In this document: positions 41,813 to 54,426 of the stretch, piece by piece
How positions within the stretch are numbered: the first letter of the stretch is position 1
Layout of the letters: each line of letters begins with the position of its first letter
Origin: Basidiobolus meristosporus CBS 931.73
Taxonomy: Eukaryota > Fungi > Basidiobolomycota
Assembly: GCA_002104905.1 (NCBI GenBank)
Contig: MCFE01000156.1
Coordinates: 87,516 to 151,515, forward strand
Reading direction: 5' to 3'
Length of the DNA: 64,000 nucleotides
The notes under the pieces: generated by a model
What the model saw: only the letters and a program-made list of their open reading frames with translations
Told to the model about the DNA's origin: nothing
Database searches by the model: none
Position numbers and translations under genes: made by a program

Positions 41813-44340
41813 CTATGGATATTGCAGAGACCAGATCTTCAATGCGGCGTCATGGCCAACGGTGGCAATGGTCTCGTCGTCTACGAAGACGACGCCTGTG
41901 ACAGCTACTTGATGGGCACCTAGTGTACCGATGTCAGGATCAGGGGTTCCGGTGGCTGAACTGCGGGGAGCAGGGAACACACTTACCGTGAATCACGATC
42001 TTCTTCATTGGAGATTCGATGCTCCAGACGTAGACATTGGTATCCAGCGATCCGCTGACTGCGTGAAGGCCATCAGGCGACCAGGCAATGCTGTTGACGC
42101 GAGCGGTGTGGAAGACCCAGCGCGAGGTTTTCACCTACATGAGGATTGTGATGGTTAGCTAGACGGCACCTAAGCGTATTGGTAATCGCAATCGGAGCCG
42201 TACCTGTTTGTCGGCAACGTTGTATACCATAATCTTGCCCCGGGAGTCTCCGGCAGCAAGTAGAGAGCCATCGGGCGAGAAGGCCAGGGAGAAGACGGCG
42301 CCACGGTTGCTGTTCAAGGTACCATCTTCAACCAGCTCATCTCCATTGAGTTTGTACAGGTACACCTTCTCTGTCTAGAGTGCATTACGCAGGAATTAGA
42401 ACCATAGCAGACATCTCATCGCAATGACTGAGAAAATTACATCGTCACCGACTGCCACAATGCTGTTGTCTGGGTTGATAGCGACCGAGTTTGGAAGGTA
42501 GTTGATGGGTAGCTGCTTGCTGATTTTGCCGTCCTTGACAATGGCGATTCCCTCGGTTGTGACGACCACCGATACCTCATCTGTGGTGACTGAGACCCCT
42601 TTTGGCAGGACCCCGGTGGTGACAGCAACGGAGCTAACGTTGGGGTTAGTTGCTGAGTTGCGGTGTTAGGAAACGTAGGGGCATGTACCTGAATTTGTTT
42701 TCAGGAATCGAGGCGACACGCAAATGATCATCCATGCCGACGGAAACCAGCTTGTCGTTGACGGTGGTGATGCCAGTGACTTGGTTAGTATGGGCATCGC
42801 CAGTGAATGGAGTGGCTATTCCATCACTCGACCAGGAGCGTACGAGTGCGAGTTAAGGATGGTAAGCTAGAGGTGTATGCTGAGATTCATCTAAGAGCAA
42901 CAAGGATATAAATTCGCCCGTCGTAGCTACCACTGAGAAGAGTGCCATCTGCGGCACGGGCGAAGGCGGTGATGGCCTTGCTGTGTCCCTATGCATTCAC
43001 ATGTCATTAATACCATTCAGAAGGGGCTTCTTGCAATGGCGAAGCTACCTTAACAATACGAATAGGCTCGGGAGAGCTCAGGTCCAAGTAGTTGATATCG
43101 CCGGAAAGAGAGATGCTGAGAATAGTTTCCCCTTGCCATAAGTTGGCGACTTGCTGATCCTCAACGGTTGGCTTATCTGAGAAGCGGATGGTGCTTGGAG
43201 AAGATCAGCGTGGATGGCTAAAAGAAGCGATTCACGAACTCTACGTACTTGACGATTTTCTTCTCTTTCACATCCCATATCTTGGCAGTCATGTCTGCCG
43301 ATGAGGTAACAATATGTGTGCTGTCCGGGCTCCAAGAAACAGCAAAGATGCCTCCAGTATGGCCATCTGGCGTGTCGCTTAGCTCGGCAAGCTTTTCAGC
43401 AGTCTTGCCGTCATACAGGAAGATCTAGGGTCGTAACAATTGGAGCCGGCTGAATGATGGTTCCACGAAAAGGTGGCATATATCAGGCTTACCTTAAAGT
43501 CAGCACCAACACTGACGAAATACTCTCCATTGGGAGAGAACTTGACGTCTTGCACAAAACGAGAGTGATCACTGATGGAGCTCTGGAATTTGTAGGGAGC
43601 ACCATGATAGAAGTTGACTGTCATATCATCAGAGCATGTGACGGCACGGAAAGGTCTTTGAAGACGGAAGTCGCAAGCATTGATGGTTTTGCTGTGACCA
43701 CTGACTTCACCTACCGAGCTACCGGTATCGATGGCAAAAACATGGCCAAATCTCTCCTTTCCTTCGCCAACAGCCATCAGTCTTGAGCTTTCTGAATCCC
43801 AAGCGATGGCATTGATGCGCCCGTTCAGGATTTTGTATTCTCCCTTCAAAACGTGCTCTTCCTGGGTGGCATCCCAGATTCGTACATTGCCTTGGACATC
43901 TGAAATACCGGGGTTAACTTTATCTTCACTGGCATTCCTGATGGGAAAGCTTACCTCCAGATGCAATATAATATCCGCTTGGGGACCAACTGGCAACAGT
44001 GGTTTGGCAAGCATGCTGAGTATACTCGGAAGCTATCTCCGGATTCTACGGTTATCAGCACAAATCAGGTTAGAATTGGGCAGAGGAGAAACAGAGCAGG
44101 CTCTATAGGCCAGATGAAGAGTCACGTACCTTGATGTTACGAATGAAAATGCTTTTTCCATTGGCGTAAACTATGTTTTCGCCTTTGGGATCAACACCGA
44201 TTTGGAGAGGTGTACCGCGAATCGGAGCGGGATTTGGGGCATAGATGCTCTCTTTACAAGCAAGAGGTTTAGCTGGGTGTTGACGGCGTGGCAAGACGGG
44301 TCAGCAGGTAAGGTAAGAACTTACTCTTGGTGTATGACAT
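41813..44340 (-). CDS. AIP1: Actin-interacting protein 1 (WDR1), WD40 repeats, multi-intron
   Basis: Motifs SIYAPNP...[42 protein letters not shown] and [15 protein letters not shown]. Confidence 0.93.
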
Positions 44341-44717
44341 GGTAGACGTGGATAAAGCTTGGGTAAACAGGAAAACGCCAAGAGGTCGCTTAGATACAAC
44401 TTTCACGATGTGTGACGTACTCGAGTTATCCCCGAGCATCGAGCTAGATTGCATTTTAGTTGGCCAGTGATTATTTGAGCATCGCTAATACCCATGATCA
44501 AAGTTCGACCCAATTTTCGGGCGAAATGGCAAGCATGTCTTGCACATCAGTGAAATGGAACTGCTACGAAAAATGCCGCATGCCTTGGTTTATTTAGTAT
44601 AAGTTGGATGAATGTTCAGGGAACAGGAAGCAGCCGAGTATTCAGCTTGGATGGGATTGGTCCCATGTGTATACAGAGAAGGGAAAAGGCGATTGAATGT
44701 AAGGCGTACATGCCCGT

Positions 44718-45266
44718 TTAGTAATTGGGATTAACAACATTGACGTGCTCGTACTTATATACACACCCGCATTCTGGGCAGCGGTCAATATCGTGGCCCT
44801 TCTCTACTGTGATCCAGATGTTTTCATGGGAGTCAGATGGGAAACCAGTGCATCCAATGTAACGGAAATCATCGCAAGTCTTGACCAAGATGGGGTTCTT
44901 CTTCGTGCCAAGATGGGTCAAAGTCAAAGGTTCCATATCGAAAAACTCCTTGCCTTCCATTTTGGCCAAAATCTCCATACGCTCTAAACCGGTAGCTTGT
45001 TCAAGATCAGTAGGGATGGTACCGGCTTTGGCACCTGGACCCAGGAGAGGCTCGACTTCCTTGTGGGCTGAAAGAGAAAATAGCATTAGTAAGGGCTAGT
45101 TGGATGCCGAGGGGCCAGGCCGTATCACGCTACTGGCAAGTATGGAACTTCAATTACCGCCGAGACGAGCAGGGAGGACAGAGAAAGCCTTGACCTGAGT
45201 TCTAGGTAAGACTCTAGCTCTAAGAGCAGATGACACAGCAGCACGACGAATCACAGCAAAAGACAT
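44718..45266 (-). CDS. COX4: Cytochrome c oxidase subunit IV (mammalian Vb), one intron
   Basis: An Arg/Ser-rich presequence is followed by GTIPTDLEQATGLER, GCTGFP and RCPECGCVYK (zinc site). Confidence 0.93.
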
Positions 45267-45763
45267 AGTTAATTGTACAGAAGAGGTATACAAGACGCTT
45301 GACAGAGCGACGTTCTTGGAGACAAACCAATAGGGCCAGCCGTCTATAGCAGCGCTATAGTAGCTTGGCCATTCTGAAAATTTGGGGCAATCAACAGGGG
45401 TTGCATTTCCTTGGGGAACTGAGTATCTCATTGATCACACATTATCCTTGTTTGTTCCTCAATAGCTGCGAGCCGACTATATCAATAAGGATGCACACAT
45501 CCCCATGGCACCCGTTCCCCAGTGCACCTGCCAGGCACCCAAATGATCTCTTCACAGCAAAAGCCTATCTTCCGCACGTGATTGCATGTTACCAATCTCA
45601 ATTACACCTTACACCTAGACATTTGAATCAATTTGAACGCAGCGTTCTGAGTGGATGCCTTTAATTGTCTACTTCGCAGATGAGTTACAAAATTGTAGGA
45701 TATTTGTTCTGATGAACGAAGAGCACCAACTGGGTATACATATGCGATATGGCAAGGGAACGT

Positions 45764-46341
45764 CTACTGGAGGTTGTACATCCAAATCAATGAGCCAACT
45801 ACAAGGAGAAGATTTAGTGCCGAATATAGCCGACATGAACACAGGCATACTTACTGGATACAATCATGGGGTTAATGGTGCCCTTGTCGAGCTTAGCGCT
45901 GCGGAAAACCAGAACCTCGGTGGAGAAATGGAACAATGCCACAACAAAGGTGAACCAGACCATATTAAAGACACTGGGAGAAAATGCCGTACTTAGTAGA
46001 GATATCGAGGCGAAGGTATTAAACCAACCTACGTGGGGTTATCAAGATGGAAGGCACCATAGAAACGAACCATGGCGACAGTAAGAGTCCAGGTAGCAAA
46101 CATGTGGGAAGTCAGGACTGTCACTATGGACCAAAGAAAAGAAATTGACAAGAGATCAGCATCTGGAAACGTAGTTGGTCTATGATGAAGGCGTACCTTG
46201 TTCTGGCTTGCGTCCATAAAGTTGTCTGGTAAGTCCAAGTGGGGCGAGGTAGCATTGTAGTGAGTTAAACACTGATACTACGGCAATAAAGAGGACCCAT
46301 TTGGCAAAGAGGCCTTCAGGTAAATATTCGGCGTAGCTCAT
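45764..46341 (-). CDS. ERG28: Ergosterol biosynthesis scaffold Erg28, multi-intron
   Basis: The spliced translation gives LPEGLFAKWVLFIAVVSVFNSLQCY, FATWTLTVAMVRFYGAF and ALFHFSTEVLVFRSA. Confidence 0.88.
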
Positions 46342-47410
46342 GTTCAGGAAGAGAGGTTTGTCAAGTTCACTGGTGCGCGGATATTGCAGTTTAAAAAGGC
46401 CAATGCATCCAGGCATAGATTTTGATTTCGACATGAATCCAGATAATTTCTGGACAAATTGGTCCTCTGGATAAGGCAACGACTCCAAAATTGGCCACGT
46501 TCAATGATGTGCTACGTGCTAGAGAATATATGGGATTGATGGTAACACGTCATTTACGCATCCAAAACGGTGAGTCTCTTATCTGAACCTTGTCACGATT
46601 TGGCTAACGTGTGGCAACCAAGGCAGCATCCGAGCTTTCTCGAGCATAATGGGCCTTTAGGGAGCCAAGGTATGGACGAATTCGGCAGAGCATGCAGACG
46701 CGTTGGCTTGAATGGCAATTGGGTGCGATTTGTTGTTGCGAAGAGGAGACAAGCCATCCATGGATGCCCGGCATGCGAGCTGGTGCATATCTCACAAAAG
46801 CCTCACAAAGCAAGCGGGACCTAAGCTGAAGTTCAATGCTCATCTCTAGTTGTAGCATCCAGCCCAGAGCTAGTTCCAAATAAATCAAGGCCGATATGCC
46901 AATCGATGCAAGTGTCTTAAATTGGTCATTGGGGTTTGCAGGTGCTGGCAGTTGGGTGCAGAAGCCGCTATTTCCGATTCCGAATATCCTATAGTGGAGC
47001 GTATCATGGGAAGAACTGGAATTACTGTTGGATATTGATGAATGTAGACCCGAGCTTAGATGCCAAAAATCTAGGTTTCATCCACCGAGCCAACGCCATC
47101 TTACCATCTGATGTAGCCAGTCTTGCTGTTCCCTCGGGACTTGGTCTGTATTCTTGAATTCCGCTGCCAGCATTATCTGAACGATGTCTACTCAGCCCAA
47201 ACCATCGATTTCACATTGGTTCACCCACCCTCACGGGAGCAAGAATAAATGATTGTGTGGTATCATTCAAACTAAACTTCCCCTAGCTACGTTTCTCTGT
47301 ATTGCTTTTCACACGCTCTACGCATATTCGTAATCGCTCTGGAGCATACACTGGTGCAGCGGACTCCAATCTTCCTCTAACCCCTTCTGACTTGCTTCAG
47401 CTTTGCAACC

Positions 47411-48152
47411 ATGATAACTTTGGCCGTTCCTGAGCTGGAGACCATACTGCCCCTTACTGATCCCTCGGATATCCAAGCCCACGGTTTTCGAACTCCTACG
47501 TTGGTCAAGCGTAAGGTAATTTTGGACAAGTATCCAGGCTCCATTGAGTAAGTCTTTTCACCTAGTGTGTTGACTCGGTTGAAGATTCACAAATGTTCTT
47601 TCTCCTGACTAGTTCCAATGTGAATATTGTTGAAACTCTTGGAATGCTGAATAGTAGGTCGCCTTCGTGGCCACCTACTCCAAGAGCCAAACATGCTTAA
47701 CATTTATCTTGTATTTAGAAGCGCACACTCTCACACAAAATGCCCCTAAACATAAAGCCCAGCCCCGGAAATGGGTCAAACGCTCGACAATAATCAAAAC
47801 GCTAACAGGCGAAGTTTCCATTTCTTCCTGGCGTCCAGGTATGCATGGTGTGCTGAGATAGGCTACCTCTTGCTTAACCCCAACTCTTTTGAGTATAGAT
47901 GGTGCTCCCCAGATTGAACGTCCTGCTGCAGTCAGCAAATTCAACACGCCGTTTCCTGTGGATGATGCGTTGCGTCCAGTGCAATGTACTTATCCAGGCT
48001 GCAATCGGAACTTTGCAGACCAAAGCGGACTCACCAAGCACTCAGTTATTCATGGCCCCAAAACGCTTCGATGTGGCTTAAATGGGTGTACTAAGTGCTT
48101 TGCTGACCGTACTCGTTTAAGGAGACACCAGAGAGGAGTGCATGGGCAATAA
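47411..48152 (+). CDS. Compact YY1/Pho-like protein (~185 aa) with a REPO/2W-hairpin-like motif and two C2H2 fingers
   Basis: Three GT-AG introns join in frame, including 47654-47718 and 47839-47898. The protein has KWVKRSTIIKTLTGEVSISSW followed by CTYPGC...KHSVIHGPKTLRCGLNGC...LRRHQRGVH. Confidence 0.8.
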
Positions 48153-48812
48153 ATGTTCCCAGCTGTTTCCAACATACATCCATTACGCATTGCAAATAAA
48201 TACCACAAGCTCTTAATCAACTGATGGCCAAGGTATCGAATGAACACCACCTATTATGCTTTTCTACTCAGACACCCAAAGTCATGGGTTCAACCAACGT
48301 TTCCAAGCCCCAATGGCGTCCTGTGTTTCCTCTCGAGGCAAGTCTAACTAGTCCCAACCAGCGCGAAACTCAACAGCACGTGCTCGTGTTTCTTGAACTT
48401 TTCACAGCAAACCCTTCGGTGATTGCAATGTGGCCCTAGTCTGCTCTTGGCCGGAAGCATTGGGCTTGATGTCAACTATATATATACACAACAGATACTA
48501 ACTGTGGTCTTCAGACATGTGCCATGCATCACTGATAAGCTCTGTGCATGGAGGTGGTTGAAACAGATTGTGCATTTTCTCCAGCTGACGTATTACCCAG
48601 CGGTATTATGAAGTGCCGTTGTAAATATGGACAAACCCGTATCAAATAGGCGGCTGAGGCTACCGCAGTCAACTTTCGACCAGAGTTCTAGAAATCCATG
48701 GAAATATGTTGGCCAATGCACCATTGAGAGTTGGCTATACGACTCATCCCGTATTGCTACTTAGGCTTGCTAACTGAGGGGCTTGCATCGTTGATCTCGT
48801 AAGGTGAGGATA

Positions 48813-50185
48813 TTAGGAGTGACTGGGGTGTCCAGATGCTTGATTGCTTGGTACAGGAATCCGATCTGTGGGACTAAAAGAATGAATTGCAGTGGTGTCT
48901 GCTTTTACAGGTGCCACATTTCCCGTAAAAGCATCTACAGAAAGTAATGTTGCAACATCTGTGCATTTCCTCAGAATCATTATAGTTTGTGTCATTTGGG
49001 GGATTTTCATAAATTTCCTAATCAAACCTGGTATTAGGAATGCACGCCGGAGTTCCTTCAATACGCAACTCAACCATTGCTTTTTTCTGTCTAAAGTGCT
49101 TTTACTCCTTCGGATCGCATATTGCGGACTTCTGATCACAAGAACTAGGTGTAAGGTTGAGGGGCTCTGCAGATTACTCATAGCATCAGAAACCACCTGA
49201 AAAGCCTTGGGAGCATTACTGTCTCAAGACACAGAGCATACAAGCACACTCATCAGAGAAAGATGTTGTTCGCATTCGTGACGGTGCTATGTGAGTATTC
49301 TTCATCCAAATGAACTATTTTATGCAGGCACCATGCGTCAAATGTAAAAATGCATGTCTACAGTTCAGACCAGCATGGTACGAGACTGGAAATGGTGATG
49401 AGTATAGACTGAACCGAGGGTGTGATTGTGTTTGGTGCTTGCTTTCCGTGTATAATCCAGGTGTCTTGGCCTGGTCTGATCTCAATCTAACATAAGGAGA
49501 TGGCTGCCAATGTTTGTTTCGAAATGGTTACACCTAGAAACTAGATCCCGCATCTAGCACACGATTCGCCATGACTTTACATGGGTGTCCACCCGGATTA
49601 TCCACACTGCATAGATTGGATGTCAGAGAAATTTAAAGTTCGCTTATCTCAAGTGCATGGTCGCATGTTGACTCGGGAGCTTCCGTCCCTAGTTTGTGAA
49701 GAAACATGATCCTAATTCTCGTGTAACAGTTCTTTTCCAATTTCCTTGTCAGAGTGCAGTATCAAACCACTGTTGAGGTCATTGGATCATCAATGGGGTA
49801 TTTGCGGATGGCTGGTCCGTATACTGCCTGTAAAGAGCTTATTCATGGATTCTTCCATATGAATAGCGAATATACACTTGAGTACTATAAAAGAAGAATA
49901 AACACCACTCAAAGTTGCCGGGTAGCATCAAGTGGTCTCTGTAACATCCGGCATAGATGCTTACGTGATGACAACATCTGCTTTTGGATGATACCGCCTA
50001 CGGTTACATCTGTTGCAGATACGGTGCAAGTTAATGAGCAGCTTATATTCAAGTTCTTTGGAAACAATGGAGCAAAATAGTGAGTAGAGTAACACGTACA
50101 TTAGGAAGAGTCCCGTACGTGCTTTCAGCACATTCCTGGCATGTGGGAAATTTCTGATGTTCAGCCCAGGATTCAGCCCCATCAT
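48813..50185 (-). other. Possible multi-exon gene of unknown function
   Basis: Minus-strand ORFs of 127 and 74 aa, several GTAAGC/GTACGT donors and normal CpG content. No consistent model was found. Confidence 0.3.
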
Positions 50186-51283
50186 AATCTAGTAATCTGG
50201 TCCCTACATATCGTTCCGATACGTAGCGAGAATCTCGATAGGAACTTTAGTGGGACGAAGTATGCTACGTAGCCAGGCAATGCATATGCATATGCATTTG
50301 TATGAAGCCAACCTAATAGTTCAGCAGTCCATTCAAACAAAGGTCTGTATGTATATTCTGGTTGCCTTGGCCTAATAATGGAAGTTTCCTAGTATTATCA
50401 CCAGCTCCATAACTCATATCTGGTAGGTTTCCAGATATATGGTCTCATATGGATCCCAACCGCATTCCTTTATCGTATGCTTATTTTCTTATGTCCTCCG
50501 CCCGATACCGTACCCACCCTGTCAATGGGCCAAACATCTGAATGCGCATACTCCTCGCTGACTTGAGTTGCTATTTTAGAGCGCCCTAGATTATTTCATG
50601 TATTCGCCTCATGTAGCTGGTGGCTGTGCAATGGCAATAGGATAGATGAGGACGAGCAAGCCGCCTGGAACCCTTCTCACTACAGTCTTTCCAGGATCAC
50701 CAAGGCTACCTTGAAAGCCCCGCATTTATCAATAAGGGGCCCCTGATATCGACTCAATGCTTTAGCCTTGCTGCACACAATATCTATTAACGATCCAGAT
50801 TAAAACACATCACCAAATGCGTGTCAGAAGCGCCTAGATTGAAGTAGACCTGAATGGTAAAAGGACGCTGTTATTTCATGTGCATGCGCCAATTGATGAA
50901 TCGCGCAAACACCCTCCATTATGAGGCTCACATTCATAGCTTTGCTATGCCCTTTCTCACTTAGGAATGGCAAGGGCGTGGCTATCCTACACAAGAACAG
51001 ATGGGCTTATTTCGCGAGATGCATAGACTGGTTTACATCGCGCTACGCTAAAAAATGGGGACGAAGGCGGTGGTTATACCAGCTGATACTCTGCCCAGCC
51101 TGATCGGCTCGCACAGTCAGTCCACTGTAGGGGGTGGCCAAGGACAGCTAGTGTCCGGAAAGTAGGGGTGCATATGCCATAACTCTTCATCCGTTGGTGC
51201 CTTCGCTTAGAATTTCCAACTGGGGCTCCACATATAAAGGGAGGGGCAGCTATTTGCAAGCGTATACATCATTTGGAAATACC

Positions 51284-52288
51284 ATGAGGTCACTCAAATT
51301 TTTCCTACACGCCTTTGGCTTGCTTGTTCTACCCATAGCAACCGTTGGGCTGCCTACCCAGCCGAAGTTACAAGTAATCTACCATAGCCCTTCCCCAGCT
51401 TTGTTGTCGACCGTTTCTACCGCCATTATTGGCGAGCAAGAGGTCGTGGTTATCGATTCTGGATTCACTAGTTCAGCAGCCTTGCAGATGATCTCGCTCA
51501 TTAGACAAACCACCGACCTTCCAGTCACCAGAATCTTTGCAACACATGAGCACCCAGACCATTATTTCGGGGCTACCGAGTTCCTCAAGGCATATCCCAA
51601 GGCCGCGTTACTCGCATCGCCGAGTGTTGCACAAAGGATGGAGGCCCATGCGCAACAAAAAGGTACATGAACCAGCTGCGCTTTCTGTTGCATTTTACTA
51701 AGATACTCTCCTAGTCAATCAGTGGACTCCTGTTTTCGGACCGGCAGAAATTCCCAGATCTCCCATCATAGCCCAGCCTTTCGACGGAAACGAGTTCTTC
51801 CTCACAGGGAATGAAGACGAGCCAATTCAAATATTGCAGCCGCTGCAAGGAGATGTCGAAGACGTCAGCGTCTACTGGATCCCATCGCAAAAAATCCTGA
51901 TAACCGGCGATATAGTATACTCCAGCAAAGCTCATGTATGGTTAGCTGAGGCGACTCCAGCAAAGAACAGGGAGAACTGGATCCGGACCTTGAATTGTAT
52001 GTATACGGAACACCGGTCATTTCTCGGTCTGCTCTAAATATCCTTCTTCTATTAGATCTCCAGAGCCTTGATCCTGCATTAGTGCTTGCTGGCCATGTTC
52101 CCGATACGGAGGAACCCAAAGTGTCGGATATTAGTGCCACGAAGGAGTATATCGAGTATTTCAATGACAATATCTTCGCTAAAGGCTACACTCCCTCTGA
52201 AATACTAGACTTATTGAAGAGCAAATATCCAGATCGAACTGGCATGGTTGCGCTGAATCAAACTGCATTCGCATATGGTGCTAATTAA
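51284..52288 (+). CDS. Secreted metallo-beta-lactamase-fold hydrolase, two introns (first at 51663-51714)
   Basis: Hydrophobic signal-like N-terminus; motifs VVIDSG, THEHPDHYFG, ITGDIVY and VLAGH; the introns restore the frame. Confidence 0.9.
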
Positions 52289-52494
52289 TTCTGATTTACA
52301 AATGTACTTATATGAGACATACGTGCACAAGCGTGCATTGCTAATGTGATGGTTGTATCCCGCAATCTTGTTGGATATCAATAAGTAGAATTGATGTCTT
52401 GTAATCCGCCTCACTAATAGCAGTTGTACTGTAAAGGCCCGAAAAATTGTTTATAATTAAATAGTGTGATATCATTCAAGGATTAGAGCCATTC

Positions 52495-52860
52495 TTAGGG
52501 GGGGGGGGAAACCACCGGTAGGTGTAATCTTTATTGTCAATCATTGTGAAGATAAAGAGGTCAGGGATTGATTCTGTAGTCTTGTGACATATTTGTACAA
52601 ACACTTTGGGTTAATATATAGATAGGTTGGGTGTAGGTGTTATAGTAAGGGCTAGGAAAAGGTTAGAAGAGCAGGGGGTCTGGGGGATGCAGTCCCCTAG
52701 AGAATAAAAAAGCAGGGGGTTTGGGGGATACAATCCCCCATACTGCTCCCATACTCTTTAAATTCCTGTTGGATTACTTTTCTCTCATTCTTGGTTCTGG
52801 TCCCTTAGGGTTAGAATTCCTCCTCCTAACCCTTATCACCCTAACCATAAATATTTTTAC
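52495..52860 (-). mobile_element. Short non-coding element sharing its 3' terminus with the LINE; SINE-like or a truncated related LINE
   Basis: The minus-strand end AATAAAGATTACACC-TACC-GGTG...C11-TAA parallels the LINE end at 62078-62117. The 5' boundary is uncertain and no TSD is visible. Confidence 0.4.
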
Positions 52861-53257
52861 CCTACAATTGGCACATTGTCTGCTCATATAGTGGGCATGT
52901 CTGGGCCAATATTTGTTGCCCTATACTGTCCATATGCTCTGTATAAGTCTTGATGACTATTTAATTAATAAATTGTTACTTTTAACATATATCTAATAAT
53001 TAATGGGATTCATCCCAATCTGGCCACAATCCCATATTTTGATAAGCTTTGGGCACCATAAATTGCATGGCCCTAATATGATAAAAAAATTCATGGCCAA
53101 TACAAATTTTCTGTAACCCAATTGCTTTTACCAAATATAAAGTGTATCCCAAAGTTCAATATATATTATGGCTATAATAGAAACTTTATTTGACACCATT
53201 GCAACTACTACTTATGTTCTATGCGCACATGTATCCCGCGGGAATTGTAAAACTTAG

Positions 53258-54040
53258 CCACGTGGTACAAAAGTGCTTTTATTTTTCATCATGATAGTTT
53301 TACATGAGTTCCTAACGCACTTTGAGAGTATGCAGTAGCCATACCCCAACAGGTTTTAAGGATGTCCACTAGCTACGTCTACTTCTGTCTAGCAGGAGCT
53401 ATCAATCATCAGCCGCGCAATACTGAAATGCTTTTATTTTTCATCATGCTAGTTTTGTATGAATCCCTAACGCACTTTCATAGTGCGCGGTAACCATTCC
53501 CCTACAGGTTTTAAGGATACCCACTTGCTACGTTTACTTGTGTCTAGTGGGAGTCATCAATCATCAGCTGCGCAATACTGAAATGCTTTTATTTTTCATC
53601 ATGATAGTTTTACATGAGTCCCTAACACACTTTTATAGTGCGCGGTAACTATACCCCAACAGGTTTTAAGGATACCCACTTGCTATGTTTACTTGTGTCT
53701 AGCGGGAGTTATCAATCATCAGCCGCGTGGTAATAAAGTGCTTTTATTTTTCATCATGATAGTTTTACATGAGTCCTTGACGCACTTTCATAGTGCGCGG
53801 TAACCATACCCCAACAGGTTTTAAGGATACCCACTTGCTACATTTACTTGTGTCTAGCGGGAGTTATCAATCATCAGCTGCGTGGTAATAAAGTGCTTTT
53901 ATTTTTCATCATGATAGTTTTACATGAGTCCCTAACGCACTTTTATAGTGCGCGGTAACTATACCCCCAGGAAGTAGTGTGGATGCTTACTTTAAATGCT
54001 CACTTGTGTATTGTACGGACTATCAACAAACAGCCGCGTG
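53258..54040. repeat. Tandem array of five 155-bp units, the last one diverged
   Basis: GCTTTTATTTTTCATCATG starts at 53275, 53430, 53585, 53740 and 53895. Confidence 0.95.
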
Positions 54041-54426
54041 GGAATGGAACATCATAGAAAAGCATTGCTTTGTTGTTAGCAAGTATTGATGTGCAAATAG
54101 TGGTACTATGTGAATTATTGAGTAACTATTTACTCTAGTTAGTTCCAACATATTCCTAGACAATATGCTCAAAATCAATATTAGCATCAATAGCTTGCTC
54201 TTTGATCACTAAACCACGGCACCCAATATGTGGTGGCCTTGGTTTTGTCTAGCCATTGAGGAATGAAACCAGAGTACAGTCACAAGAGAGGCAAAAGTGA
54301 AATGTGATGAAGTAAGTGTATATGAAAGTAATATAAGTCTACAGGACAGAAGAGTACAACTAGTAGTTAAACAGCACTCACTGACACTCCACCAAGTAGA
54401 GCACCAATGCAGACAATAAACAAGTC

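Noticed and set aside
52800-52846. Interstitial telomere (TTAGGG/CCCTAA pieces)
   Set aside because: There are only scattered single units in both orientations and no tandem run.
53258-54040. CRISPR-like array
   Set aside because: The whole 155-bp unit is conserved with no unique spacers, no cas genes are present, and the context is eukaryotic.
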